From Gammaproteobacteria bacterium (GTDB lineage Bacteria; Pseudomonadota; Gammaproteobacteria; JBCCGL01): a stretch of 64,000 nt of DNA. The number at the start of each line of letters is the position of its first letter. Position 1 is the first letter of the stretch. This document shows positions 19,216-29,819 of this stretch, in pieces. The notes below the pieces were generated by a model. The model was not told where the DNA came from. It worked only from the letters and a program-made list of their open reading frames with translations, and did not search any database. The stretch is from assembly GCA_965277715.1 (NCBI GenBank), contig OZ255836.1, positions 160,001 through 224,000 of the forward strand. Reading direction: 5' to 3'. The translations under genes were made by a program, and so were the position numbers.

Positions 19216-20352
19216 CTATCCAACAACAAATTCAGGATTGTGGTCGATAAGGAAGTCGCAAACGGGCATTACGCGAATCCCATCCTTTGTGGACCACTTG
19301 CGTTCGAGGTGGTGAACTATTTGTATGGCATCAATGCTTGTAAAGCCATTGGCGAAATGTGCCAATGAGCGGCTGATATCGGTATCGCTCAATTTAACCT
19401 CTACTAACTGTTTCGGTTGCCTATCCACCAAGGTTAGAAAATCAACTTCTCGGCCTTGCTTATCGCGCACGTAGCGCAAGTCGGCATCTACGCCTTCGGT
19501 GTTGAGCAAAAAGTCCATCTCCGCACGCAAGCCGCATGCTACCGCGTTTTCCAACCGTAGGCCCTCTTTCGCTGGCAACGCGCCGCAGTCGTAAAAGTAA
19601 TACTTAGGCATTTTCAAAATCGCCCTGGCGATATTGCGGTGATAGGGGTAGACGGGAAACACGACATACAAGCTTTCCAATATCGATAGCCAATGCTTAA
19701 TGGTATGTGACGATACCTGTAAGTCATTGGCTAAGCTGGTGTAAGAAAGCGGGGAACCGACTCGTTCGCCGAGTAACTCCACCAGAATCTCGATGGATTT
19801 AATGTCGCGCACTCGCTCCAGGTCGAGCAAGTCTTCGCGCAAAATCCTCTCCAAATGGGATTTGCGCCAACGCCTGGCGAACCGTTCCTCACCCTTTAAC
19901 AAGGGTTCGGGAAAGCCACCAAACCGGAGAATAGAGGATAACGCTTCTTTCGCTGGCGCTTGCTCGCGCAGTTCCTTAACTGTAACGGGGTGTAATTGGT
20001 AGGAATGATGGCGTCCAGCTAGGGAATCACCGCCTTTTTTATAGGTATCCATTCTCGCTGAACCTGTTACCAGCAACCCAGGTGGAATGCTCTCAGTATC
20101 GAAAACACCTTTTAACCAACGCTTCCAGCCCTTTATCTTGTGCAATTCATCAAAAATGACTAACTCACTCTGTCTATCCCACATAGTGGCCAGCATTCGC
20201 TGGTGCTCAGCCTGTTTATCGGCGTTCAGATAATCGTGGTTAGCGAATAATTGCAGGGATAAAGTAGTCTTTCCCACCTGGCGCGGGCCGGACAGCAAAA
20301 CCAATTTGTCTTTGAGGTCGTCTTTGATAGGCTCTTCTAGTAGGCGATTCAT
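19216..20352 (-). CDS. AAA+ ATPase with DUF4143 / PD-(D/E)XK-like C-terminus
   Basis: GPRQVGKT, IFDELH, SLAGR, GGFPE, EVDF...VEVK. Confidence 0.88.
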   Translation of the reverse strand: MNRLLEEPIKDDLKDKLVLLSGPRQVGKTTLSLQLFANHDYLNADKQAEHQRMLATMWDRQSELVIFDELHKIKGWKRWLKGVFDTESIPPGLLVTGSARMDTYKKGGDSLAGRHHSYQLHPVTVKELREQAPAKEALSSILRFGGFPEPLLKGEERFARRWRKSHLERILREDLLDLERVRDIKSIEILVELLGERVGSPLSYTSLANDLQVSSHTIKHWLSILESLYVVFPVYPYHRNIARAILKMPKYYFYDCGALPAKEGLRLENAVACGLRAEMDFLLNTEGVDADLRYVRDKQGREVDFLTLVDRQPKQLVEVKLSDTDISRSLAHFANGFTSIDAIQIVHHLERKWSTKDGIRVMPVCDFLIDHNPEFVVG

Positions 20353-20561
20353 GCTTAACTATTTTGAAGTGTACTTCAAAATAGTCAAGACTTTTTTGAA
20401 GTTCACTTCAAAAAAGTCATTTTATATTACTGTAATTCGAATATGTGGCTGGAATTTCTCGATGACGAAAATAGACAATAAAAGCGCTAGAATAGACACC
20501 CTTTCCACAGCCCTATGGCACAAATTTGCGCGGTAGTTCAACCGTTGGAGTTATCCTTATT

Positions 20562-21707
20562 ATGCCTTCGCTATTCAGCACCGCCGATTACCAGCGATTA
20601 TCCCAAGGGTTTGATTTCGATAGGCCCGCACGTTCACATTCGATCCACGCTGACTGCTACCGCCAACCAAAGTTTTTGCGCGTTGAGCAAGCGCAAGTAT
20701 TTCACAAAAGCTGGCAGTTTCTCTGCCACGAAGAAAAGTTGCGCGAACCCGGCAGTTACGTTGCGGCTGATGTCCAGGGGCAAAGCATTTTCGCCTGCCG
20801 CGATGGCAGCAGTGAGCTGCGCGCCTTTTACAACGTGTGTAAACACCGTGGCCACGAGTTGTTGTTTGGCGAGGGCGTTGCCAAGTCCATTATCTGCCCC
20901 TACCACGCTTGGGTTTACAGCTTGGGCGGCCAGCTAATCAATGTGCGCCGCGAAGAATACATCGAAAACTTTGACAAGAAAGACGTTTGCCTCGACGCGG
21001 TTAGAGTGGAGGTTTTCTGCCACCTCGTGTTTGTCAATCTCGATCCTCAGGCGATGCCCCTTGCCGAACAGTCCGGTGAGTTAGCCAACGAAATAATGTC
21101 CTATGCGCCTGACCTCGCCGGGCTGACCTTCGCCCACCGGTTAACCTACAACATCAAAGCGAATTGGAAATCGGTGGTGGACAACTTTCTCGAGTGTTAC
21201 CACTGTCCAGTGGCGCACAAAGACTTTTGCAGCCTGGTGGAAATGGATACCTACAAAGTCAAGACCCACGGCATCTATTCCAGCCATATGGCCAAGGCGG
21301 GGCGCGGCGATAATAATGCCTATTCGGTGGGTGACGCCAGTGTGACGGATCATGCCGTTTGGTTTTTGTGGCCCAACATTACACTGATGCGCTACCCCGG
21401 TCGCGGCAACTTCATGGTTTGGCGGTTTTACCCCGACGGCCCGGAAAGTACTTACGAAGTGTTCGATTTTTTTCTGGCGTCAGCCGAACCCAACGAGGCT
21501 GAGGTCGAAGCGATAAAATTTATTGATGAAGTGTTGCAGCCCGAAGATATCGGCCTGGTAGAGAGCGTCCAGCGCGGCATGCAAACGCCAGCGTTTAACC
21601 GTGGGCGCTATATGGTCGATCCTGCCGGTAGCGGGTTGAGCGAACACGCAGTGCATCACTTCCATAAATTACTACTCAAAGCCTATCAATCTGGAGTGAC
21701 CGAATGA
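20562..21707 (+). CDS. Rieske non-heme iron oxygenase alpha subunit (carnitine/choline monooxygenase-like)
   Basis: CKHRG...CPYHAW Rieske motif; NWK..VDNFLECYHC..AH iron site. Confidence 0.85.
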   Translation: MPSLFSTADYQRLSQGFDFDRPARSHSIHADCYRQPKFLRVEQAQVFHKSWQFLCHEEKLREPGSYVAADVQGQSIFACRDGSSELRAFYNVCKHRGHELLFGEGVAKSIICPYHAWVYSLGGQLINVRREEYIENFDKKDVCLDAVRVEVFCHLVFVNLDPQAMPLAEQSGELANEIMSYAPDLAGLTFAHRLTYNIKANWKSVVDNFLECYHCPVAHKDFCSLVEMDTYKVKTHGIYSSHMAKAGRGDNNAYSVGDASVTDHAVWFLWPNITLMRYPGRGNFMVWRFYPDGPESTYEVFDFFLASAEPNEAEVEAIKFIDEVLQPEDIGLVESVQRGMQTPAFNRGRYMVDPAGSGLSEHAVHHFHKLLLKAYQSGVTE

Positions 21708-22474
21708 ATACCCCTAGTGCGGTGCGTGAGAATTATTTACAGGGCAAGACCGCGTATGTCACTGGTGGCATTGGACAGGCGATTTGCGCCCGGTTCGCTC
21801 GCGAAGGTGCGCGGGTGTACGCCGCCGACCTCGCCGAATCGCATTCGCTGGCGGATGGTGTAACATTTATCCGTCAGGACGTCACTAGCGAAGAGGACGC
21901 GATAGCGGCGATGGAATGCATCAATGACGATGTCGGCCAGTTGGATATTCTGGTTAACGCCGCCGGGATCGAGATCGAAACGACTATCGAAGACACCACG
22001 TTGGCGGAGTGGAACCGCATATTCGCCATCAACGTTACCGGCACGTTTCTCACCGCAAAATATGCCCTGCCGCTGATGCGCAAAGCGGACGCCGGTTCGA
22101 TCATCAACTTCGGCTCCTACGATGGCTTTATCGCCGACCCATCGCTAGCGGCCTACTGTGCGACCAAGGGCGCAGTGCACGCGCTGACCCGCGCCATGGC
22201 CTGCGACTACGGGCCAGAAGGTATTCGCGTCAATGCCATCTGCCCAGGCTATGTCGATACGCCAATGTTGCAGAGCTTTTTTGGCGGCGCGGGGGATATT
22301 GCAAGCCTCCAACAGGCGGTGCGCGACGTCCACCCGCTGCGCACTTATGGCTCGCCGGAGGATATTGCTAACCTGGTCAACTGGTTAGCGGGCGACGAGG
22401 CGCGCTACGCCTCCGGGCAGTTGTGGGTGATTGATGGCGGTTTGTCTGCGCAAGTACAACAAATGCGTTTGTAA
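21704..22474 (+). CDS. SDR oxidoreductase with shortened glycine-rich motif
   Basis: YCATK catalytic motif, VNAICPG; N-terminal VTGGIG. Confidence 0.85.
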   Translation: MNTPSAVRENYLQGKTAYVTGGIGQAICARFAREGARVYAADLAESHSLADGVTFIRQDVTSEEDAIAAMECINDDVGQLDILVNAAGIEIETTIEDTTLAEWNRIFAINVTGTFLTAKYALPLMRKADAGSIINFGSYDGFIADPSLAAYCATKGAVHALTRAMACDYGPEGIRVNAICPGYVDTPMLQSFFGGAGDIASLQQAVRDVHPLRTYGSPEDIANLVNWLAGDEARYASGQLWVIDGGLSAQVQQMRL

Positions 22475-22588
22475 GCTGGAAAACTGTTATGGCTAAGCCC
22501 GTCAGCGCCCGGCACTAAAAGGCATCGATAACGTCAATATTTGAGGTGAAGTAATGCAAACCAAACAACTAATCCCTGGGAACCGCCC

Positions 22589-23353
22589 GTGAGCCGCCTG
22601 CATGGCAAGGCCGCCATCGTAACGGGTGGCGGCAGCGGCATCGGGCGCGCCATTGTCGAACGGTTCGTCGCCGAAGGTGCGCACGTGTTGACCTGTGGCA
22701 GGCGTGATGAGCCGACGGATCTACCTGGGGGAGTGCAGTGGCTGAGCGCCGATGTTTCCTGTACGACCGATGTCAGGGCCTTGGTACAAACCGCTCGCGA
22801 TGACTTTGGTCGCCTGGATATTCTGGTTAACAACGCTGGGGTGCAAATCGAAAAGACTGTGCTGGAAACCACCGATGAAGATTGGGAATTGCTGATGGGT
22901 GCCAACGCTAAAGGCGTATTCTTGTGCTGCCGTGAAGCCATGCCGCTGATGATCGAAAACGGTGGTGGTGCGATCATCAACATCGGTTCGATAGCGGGCA
23001 ATATTGCCGATATTGGCTTAGCGATTTACAACGGCTCGAAAGCCTTCGTCCACGGCTTAACCCGTTCAATCGCCACCGATCACGGTAAACAGGGAATCCG
23101 TTGTAACGCTATCTGCCCTGGCTGGATCATGACCGAGATGGCCGACGCCGCCTTCGCTGCAGCTAACGACCCCGAGGCGGCCATGCGAGATGCGTTAGCG
23201 CGGCACGCCTGTGATCGTTTCGGCCAACCAGGCGATATCGCCAATATGGCGACATGGTTGGCCAGTGACGAATCGCGGTTCGCCAACGGCCAAGAATTTA
23301 CCGTCGATGGTGGGCTTACCGCCGCCTCGCCACTCAATCCGGGATTATTTTGA
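22589..23353 (+). CDS. SDR oxidoreductase
   Basis: TGGGSGIG, NNAG, YNGSK. Confidence 0.92.
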   Translation: MSRLHGKAAIVTGGGSGIGRAIVERFVAEGAHVLTCGRRDEPTDLPGGVQWLSADVSCTTDVRALVQTARDDFGRLDILVNNAGVQIEKTVLETTDEDWELLMGANAKGVFLCCREAMPLMIENGGGAIINIGSIAGNIADIGLAIYNGSKAFVHGLTRSIATDHGKQGIRCNAICPGWIMTEMADAAFAAANDPEAAMRDALARHACDRFGQPGDIANMATWLASDESRFANGQEFTVDGGLTAASPLNPGLF

Positions 23354-23562
23354 TGGGGTGATATTACTACCGTGGGGTAATCGGTACGGGCGTTATACGC
23401 CGAGATCAAACCACACCTGGATACCGGCGTGGTCGTGGCGTCATCCGCGCCTGGCCTAATGGTGAGCGAAATGCAGCAGGGCTGGCGCGCTCCATCGCGC
23501 TTCCTTCTGGCACTATTTGACAGTAGCTGGTACATACTTTACCAATCGCGTACTATCGCGCC

Positions 23563-24459
23563 ATGCAAATCGCTAACCCAATCTACGATGTAGTATTTAA
23601 ATATTTGATGGCCGATGAGCGTGCCGCCAAACTGATTATTAGCGAAATCATCGGCATGGACGTGGTTGACATCGCGCTGCAACCGCAAGAGCGATTGGCC
23701 AATCTGCCTGAAAAAAATCTCACTGTTTATCGTCTCGGTTTTTCTGCCAGGATTAAAACCAACGATGGACAATTCAAACAAGTCATCATAGAAATTCAAA
23801 AAGCCAAATATTCCAGCGATATCATGCGCTTTCGACGCTACCTTGAGCAGCAATATAGCGATGAAAAGAATGCCCACGAAACCACTTCGGCTACGGGGTT
23901 TAGCACATTTCAGGCGCTACCTATTATTACCATTTACTTTTTGGGCCATACACTCAACCACTGCACGGCCTCCGCTATCAAAGTAGGCCGGGTGTATACC
24001 GATATTATTACTGGTGAAACACTGACGCAAAAAGAACCTTTTATCGAAAGCCTCACTCACGACAGTTATGTCGTGCAAATCCCCTACCTGAAGGCGCAAC
24101 GCCGTAACGACCTGGAAAAGCTGTTGACCATTTTCGACCAGGATCTACAAGTGCATGACAAACACAGGTTAGCGATTGACGAAAAGACATTTCCGCAGAA
24201 ATACCGCCTATTGATCAGGCGTTTGCAGGCAGCGATTAGCGAACCAGAGATTATCGATACCATGCAAATTGAAGACGAGATACTGCTGGAACTGCAAAAT
24301 AAGGAACGTGAAATCGAAGCAAAAGAGCAACTCGTCGAGGCACAAAGCAAAGCGCTTGAAGAGAAAGACCAAGTAATTGAGGGAAAAGACCAAGCACTTA
24401 AAGATAAAGACAAATTGATCGATGAGTTAAAAAATAAACTTAACCGGCTATCTGAATAA
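23563..24459 (+). CDS. Rpn-like PD-(D/E)XK nuclease family protein with coiled-coil tail
   Basis: IANPIYDVVFKYLM, IIEIQKAK, repetitive EEKDQ tail. Confidence 0.7.
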   Translation: MQIANPIYDVVFKYLMADERAAKLIISEIIGMDVVDIALQPQERLANLPEKNLTVYRLGFSARIKTNDGQFKQVIIEIQKAKYSSDIMRFRRYLEQQYSDEKNAHETTSATGFSTFQALPIITIYFLGHTLNHCTASAIKVGRVYTDIITGETLTQKEPFIESLTHDSYVVQIPYLKAQRRNDLEKLLTIFDQDLQVHDKHRLAIDEKTFPQKYRLLIRRLQAAISEPEIIDTMQIEDEILLELQNKEREIEAKEQLVEAQSKALEEKDQVIEGKDQALKDKDKLIDELKNKLNRLSE

Positions 24460-24534
24460 ATAGGTTTCAAAACCCAATCGATTTCAACGGTGATCTCAGC
24501 AGTTCTCGCCACGATTTAACTGAAGCGTTGAGTT

Positions 24535-25248
24535 TTACGGTATTTTACCCGTTAAAAAATTTCGTATCCACAACGCCCAGGTATCTGCATCAGTCGGCAT
24601 ATCTTGCATACTGCGCTCAGCTTCATCAAGTCGTTGATGGTCAATAGTCTTACGCGTTGCCCTGATAAAATTACGCATTGAATCGATACCCTGTTCCGGG
24701 TGGCCCTGAATGCAAAAAATACGGTCCTCAAAGCACCAGGCGGCGTAGCGACAATTGGGCGCTGTGCCCAGGTGTTTTGCCTCCACGGGTAATGTAGCGA
24801 CTTGATCCTGGTTAAAATAATAGATGTGTGTGTCGGTCAGCGGGGGTGTCATCCACGGCTGGTGATCGATAACGGTGAGCGGGTGCCGACCAATCAGCCA
24901 GCCGGTTTGACTGCGCTCGACGCGGGCGCCGAGGCAGCGGGCGATAAATTGATGGCCAAAGCAAATACCGGCTAACCTTATCTTCTGCTGGATAATTTTA
25001 CCGATCAGTATGGTAAAGCGCGGTGTCCAGTCATATACCAGATTGGCGCTGCACGGGCTGCCAGAAACCAGATAGGCATCGTAACTATCGACGGCAGCGG
25101 GCCAGTCGTCTTTTGTAATACAGTGCACCGTCAGCGTGGCATCAATGCCTGTTTTCTGTAGCATAGCGGCGAATTTGTCGCCATCATTGCGGCCTTCATC
25201 GTCGGCCCAGTGAACTTCGGGTACTACATCGAGAATCGCTATTTTCAT
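24535..25248 (-). CDS. Type 1 glutamine amidotransferase
   Basis: SGSP, GICFGHQ, QGHPE. Confidence 0.9.
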   Translation of the reverse strand: MKIAILDVVPEVHWADDEGRNDGDKFAAMLQKTGIDATLTVHCITKDDWPAAVDSYDAYLVSGSPCSANLVYDWTPRFTILIGKIIQQKIRLAGICFGHQFIARCLGARVERSQTGWLIGRHPLTVIDHQPWMTPPLTDTHIYYFNQDQVATLPVEAKHLGTAPNCRYAAWCFEDRIFCIQGHPEQGIDSMRNFIRATRKTIDHQRLDEAERSMQDMPTDADTWALWIRNFLTGKIP

Positions 25249-25263
25249 CTTTAGAGCAACCTT

Positions 25264-25824
25264 ATGAATAGTCAGTCATTGATCGAACGCCTTGAGGGCT
25301 ACCGACAGCGATACCCACAGCAAACAGAAATGGTGGATGATTTTATCGACTTTCTGCAGAGAAACCAGCACGACAGCTTTAAGCGTGAATTACAAGAGGG
25401 GCATGTTACGGCGTCCTGTTGGTTGCTGGATACAACGCAATCGCATGTTTTGCTAACCCACCACAAGAAACTAAACCGATGGCTTCAATTGGGTGGGCAC
25501 GCCGATGGTGAAGCCGATGTGCAAAAGGTGGCGCTAACCGAGGCCAGGGAGGAGTCGTCAATAGCCAGGTTGCAACTATTACTCGATGGTGAAATCTTCG
25601 ACATTGATAAACACCGCATTCCCGCCAGAAAAAACGAACCCGCACACGTTCACTATGATTTTCGCTTTGTCCTGCGTGCAGTAGCGAGCGACAGCTTTGT
25701 GGTCAGCGATGAATCACACGATCTGCAATGGGTGGCGATTGATCGGCTCGACGAATATACCAACGATGAATCGGTATTGCGCATGGGGCAAAAGTGGCTA
25801 CAGCAGGTGGCTACTGTTGAATAA
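25264..25824 (+). CDS. NUDIX hydrolase
   Basis: GGHADGE...ALTEAREES Nudix box. Confidence 0.9.
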   Translation: MNSQSLIERLEGYRQRYPQQTEMVDDFIDFLQRNQHDSFKRELQEGHVTASCWLLDTTQSHVLLTHHKKLNRWLQLGGHADGEADVQKVALTEAREESSIARLQLLLDGEIFDIDKHRIPARKNEPAHVHYDFRFVLRAVASDSFVVSDESHDLQWVAIDRLDEYTNDESVLRMGQKWLQQVATVE

Positions 25825-26095
25825 CATCCAGTAGCGCGCGTATCCATTCGCCGATGATCGGCAGAAACTCAAATTGCCCTAAAATATAGACCAACACCGA
25901 TACAACAAATGTCGCGCCAACCACACTGCCCAGGCCAAATGCGATGCCTTTTAGGAACATAAAGAACAACAATGAGGGTAGTGCGTTGTAAACGCGAATC
26001 AATCGGTGCGTGTTTAACTGAGCCAACTCATCGCCAATAAGGCGTATTTCACGGTGTATTTCGTCGATTCGGTCTCGTGTATTGATTGGTTTCAT
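25811..26095 (-). CDS. Small membrane protein (DUF5665-like)
   Basis: FLKGIAFGLGSVVGAT...LPIIGEW. Confidence 0.7.
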   Translation of the reverse strand: MKPINTRDRIDEIHREIRLIGDELAQLNTHRLIRVYNALPSLLFFMFLKGIAFGLGSVVGATFVVSVLVYILGQFEFLPIIGEWIRALLDVIQQ

Positions 26096-26225
26096 CTTGC
26101 CTGTTTTTGCCTTTTTACAAATGCCCTCTATGTTACCCTGCAACCGATTGTTAGGTTAATGTCGTTGGCAAAGAGAACATGTTGCTTTTATTTTTGTCCG
26201 AAACGGTTAATTGAGGATTATCGAA

Positions 26226-28259
26226 ATGGGCCAATCGATGACGAAAAATACCCGAAAAATACCATCACCACTATCACTTAAACACTGGCGTCTGACTATC
26301 GATACTGCCGGGATATTCTGGCTGTACTGCGATTGTGCCGAGGAAACAACCAACACTCTGGGCAATGCAGTGATGCTGGAACTGGAGCGGGTTGTCGATC
26401 TGGCCTATTCGCACCCAGCCAAGGGGATGGTGTTTTTATCGGCCAGGGAAAACGGTTTTATCGCCGGTGCTGATATCCGTGAGTTCGACGGGGTTGATGT
26501 TGAGCAGGTCGCTGAGGTGATTCGCCAGGGGCACGCTATTTTTGACAAAATCGAACAGTTGCCCTGTCCCACTGTCGCCGCTATTCATGGTTTTTGCCTG
26601 GGGGGTGGTTTAGAGCTGGCACTGTGCTGTGACTACCGTATCGCCCGTGATATACCCTCGACTAAGATAGGTTTACCGGAAGTGAAGATTGGTATTTACC
26701 CTGGCTTGGGTGGCTCAGTGCGATTGACTGAACGGGTCGGTGGTTTAAAGGGAATGGAATTGATGTTAACCGGCAGAGCACTCGGCGCGGGGGCAGCCCG
26801 TGTGGTTGGCGTGGTTGATGAGCTGGTGGGCCAACACGCTGAACTGTATTGGCATGCACGCCGCGCCGTATTGCAAAAGCGCCGTGCTAAGGCGCCGGGC
26901 CTGCTGGCGCGCTTGAGCAATACATGGTTGCTGCGGCCTTTTTTAGCCCGTATTTTTTACCGGCAAACGGTAAAAAAAGCTAACCCGGATCACTACCCGG
27001 CACCGTTTGCATTGATCGATGCGTGGCGGGCGTTTCGTGGTGATCGTGCGCGGTTATTTCAGGCGGAGGTTGAACAGGTCAGCCAGTTGATTGTGGGGGA
27101 AACGGCGGTCAACCTGCGCCGCGTATTCCGCTTGATGGAAAATCTTAAGGGTCTGGCCAAAAAAGAAGCGGTCAAGGTTCGCCGGGTGCACGTTATTGGT
27201 GCCGGGGTTATGGGGGGCGATATTGCCGCTGTGTGCGCGGCACGCGGTATGCAGGTGACCTTGCAGGATCGGGAGATGCAGTATATTCAGCCCGCACTGG
27301 ATCGCGCTAAAACCACGTTTAAAAAAATCCTGAAAAAACCACTGGCTGTTAAAGCTGCGCTAACCCGGCTGAGCGCTGATGTCGATGGTGCAGGTGTCGC
27401 CTGTGCCGATGTGGTTATCGAGGCCATTTTTGAAGATGTTGAAGCGAAAAAAGCGCTGTTTCAAACACTCGAACCCAACATGAAGGCGGGCGCACTGCTG
27501 GCGAGTAATACTTCGGCGATTCCGCTGGAGGCGTTATCTAAGGTTTTACAGCACCCGGAACGCCTGATTGGCCTGCACTTTTTTAATCCGGTGGCAAAAA
27601 TGCCATTGGTGGAAGTGGTGCAAAGCGCAAACGTCGACCACCGGGAAATTGCCAGAGGGTGTGCTTTTTGTGCACAGATTGGCAAGCTGCCGCTGCCGGT
27701 AAAAAGCAGCCCGGGTTTTTTGGTTAACCGAGTGTTGGCACCGTATATGATGAAAGCGCTATCGCTGCACCTTGAGGGTCGTTCAAAATCGTTGCTCGAT
27801 GCCGCCGCTACCGGCTTTGGTATGCCGATGGGGCCTATCGAGTTGGCTGATACAGTTGGCCTTGATGTGTGTTTGAAAGTCGCCGAAACCCTGGTCGCTG
27901 AAACTCTGGTCGCTGGCACGCAGGATGATGGAGTGGCTGGTGCGGCTACGCTTGAAAAAGAGCGCGCTATGCTGGAGAAACTGATCGCCGCTGGCCATCT
28001 TGGCAAGAAAACCGGCAAGGGTTTATATCTATGGGAGAAGGGCAAGCCCATCCGTACTGGAAGCACCATTGTTTACGATCAACATCTACAAGCCCTGGCC
28101 GGGCGGTTGTTGCAGCCGTTTTTCGACGAGTGCCGGGCCTGCCTCGCCGATGGTATTGTCGGGGATGCCGATTTGCTGGACGCCGGGATTATTTTTGGTA
28201 CTGGTTTTGCGCCGTTCCGTGGTGGTCCGATGCAGTATCTGGCCAGTGAAGCGACTTAA
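26226..28259 (+). CDS. fadJ: 3-hydroxyacyl-CoA dehydrogenase / enoyl-CoA hydratase (FadJ-like)
   Basis: FIAGADI, GGGLE, PEVKIG, IGAGVMG, GLHFFNPV. Confidence 0.85.
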   Translation: MGQSMTKNTRKIPSPLSLKHWRLTIDTAGIFWLYCDCAEETTNTLGNAVMLELERVVDLAYSHPAKGMVFLSARENGFIAGADIREFDGVDVEQVAEVIRQGHAIFDKIEQLPCPTVAAIHGFCLGGGLELALCCDYRIARDIPSTKIGLPEVKIGIYPGLGGSVRLTERVGGLKGMELMLTGRALGAGAARVVGVVDELVGQHAELYWHARRAVLQKRRAKAPGLLARLSNTWLLRPFLARIFYRQTVKKANPDHYPAPFALIDAWRAFRGDRARLFQAEVEQVSQLIVGETAVNLRRVFRLMENLKGLAKKEAVKVRRVHVIGAGVMGGDIAAVCAARGMQVTLQDREMQYIQPALDRAKTTFKKILKKPLAVKAALTRLSADVDGAGVACADVVIEAIFEDVEAKKALFQTLEPNMKAGALLASNTSAIPLEALSKVLQHPERLIGLHFFNPVAKMPLVEVVQSANVDHREIARGCAFCAQIGKLPLPVKSSPGFLVNRVLAPYMMKALSLHLEGRSKSLLDAAATGFGMPMGPIELADTVGLDVCLKVAETLVAETLVAGTQDDGVAGAATLEKERAMLEKLIAAGHLGKKTGKGLYLWEKGKPIRTGSTIVYDQHLQALAGRLLQPFFDECRACLADGIVGDADLLDAGIIFGTGFAPFRGGPMQYLASEAT

Positions 28260-28294
28260 GAATATTGTTAGGTTTGGTTAAGCAGGTATAAATT

Positions 28295-29578
28295 ATGGCT
28301 CGAAAAACGATACGCCCTGTCGCTATTATTGGCGGCATTCGCACGCCATTTTGTCGTTCTAATAGCGCGTATTCGGCGTTGACTAATCTGGATATGATGT
28401 CGACGGCAATACAGGCCCTGTCTGAGAAATACGCCCTTAAAGGCGAGCTGATTGACGAGGTGATCGGTGGTGCCGTTATCTCTCATGCCAAAGACTGGAA
28501 CCTCGCCCGCGAGGCCTTACAAAGCACCGACCTATCGCCTTTATCGCCTGCGATTACACTGCAGCAGGCTTGTGGCACCAGCTTGCAGGCGGTATTGACC
28601 AGCGCCGCGAAAATTGCCACCGGGCAGATCGAGTGCGCCGTTGCGGCGGGCAGTGATACCACCAGTGACTCACCCATTGTATTCAGCCGCAAATTTGCCC
28701 AGCGTTTGATCGACCTGGGTCGGGCGCGTGATATAAAATCCAAACTGGCTGTGTTTAAAGGCTTTCGTTTGCGTGAGCTGGCACCTCAGCCACCCGCGAT
28801 TAACGAACCGCGCACATTGTTGAGTATGGGGCAGCATTGCGAGCTGATGGCGCAGGCGTGGGGTATCGACCGCGCCGCGCAGGATCGGCTTGCCGTCGCC
28901 AGCCACCACAAGGCGGCGGCGGCGTATACCGAAGGTTTTTTTGACGATTTACTTACACCCTGTGCAGGGATTTTGCGCGATAACAATGTGCGTGCAGAAA
29001 CCAGTACAGCGCAAATGGCCGGTTTGCGCACTGTATTTGATAAGAGTGATGCGGCGACGTTAACCGCCGGGAACAGCACCCCCTTAACCGATGGTGCCGC
29101 CAGTGTATTGATCGCCTCTGAGCAATGGGCGAAAAAGCACGATCTGCCGGTGCTCGCCTGGTTGACCCACAGCAAAACCGCTGCAGTCGACTACGTGGCG
29201 GGCGAGGGCTTACTGATGGCGCCCGCTATCGCGGTGAGTGATATGCTGAAGCAAGCCCGGCTGGGCTTTGATGATTTCACCCACTTTGAAATCCATGAAG
29301 CCTTTGCCGCCCAGGTGTTATGCACACTTAAAGCCTGGGAGTCGGAGACATTCTGCCAGCAACGGCTGAAGAGAAAAGTGCCACTGGGGGCTATTGACCC
29401 TGAAAAACTTAATATCAAAGGCAGCAGCCTGGCGGTTGGCCACCCGTTTGCCGCGACGGGTGCGCGCATCGTGGCAACACTGGCGAAAATTCTCGACCAG
29501 GCTGAGTCTGGTCGGGGGTTGATTTCGGTGTGCACAGCGGGTGGGATGGGCTTATCTGCAATACTGGAACGCAATTGA
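28295..29578 (+). CDS. fadI: Acetyl-CoA C-acyltransferase (FadI-like thiolase)
   Basis: QACGTS, HEAFA, GHPFAATG, CTAGG. Confidence 0.85.
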   Translation: MARKTIRPVAIIGGIRTPFCRSNSAYSALTNLDMMSTAIQALSEKYALKGELIDEVIGGAVISHAKDWNLAREALQSTDLSPLSPAITLQQACGTSLQAVLTSAAKIATGQIECAVAAGSDTTSDSPIVFSRKFAQRLIDLGRARDIKSKLAVFKGFRLRELAPQPPAINEPRTLLSMGQHCELMAQAWGIDRAAQDRLAVASHHKAAAAYTEGFFDDLLTPCAGILRDNNVRAETSTAQMAGLRTVFDKSDAATLTAGNSTPLTDGAASVLIASEQWAKKHDLPVLAWLTHSKTAAVDYVAGEGLLMAPAIAVSDMLKQARLGFDDFTHFEIHEAFAAQVLCTLKAWESETFCQQRLKRKVPLGAIDPEKLNIKGSSLAVGHPFAATGARIVATLAKILDQAESGRGLISVCTAGGMGLSAILERN

Positions 29579-29819
29579 AGCAGATGTCGAAAAACGACTG
29601 TATTCGCAAGGTTTTCCGAGCGCTTATAAACACCGGGAAAAAACGCTAAAAAGCGCTATTTTGGCATTGCTGGCAAACGGCAAAAACGGTAGCATTCAGC
29701 CCTTTTTTACCCTCTCTTAATCGAGGGTGTCAGAAAGCGCAGTAGTTTTCCGGCACCTTCTATTGCGTTTTTGAGGGATCTTTTTTCACCCACAGTATGA
29801 AATGCGAGGAAGGCCTGAA

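Noticed and set aside
23360-23540. Possible dioxygenase gene fragment on the minus strand
   Set aside because: Similarity too weak to support without a search
27879-27920. 15-bp tandem duplication in fadJ (VAETL twice)
   Set aside because: In-frame loop expansion with no sign of a switch
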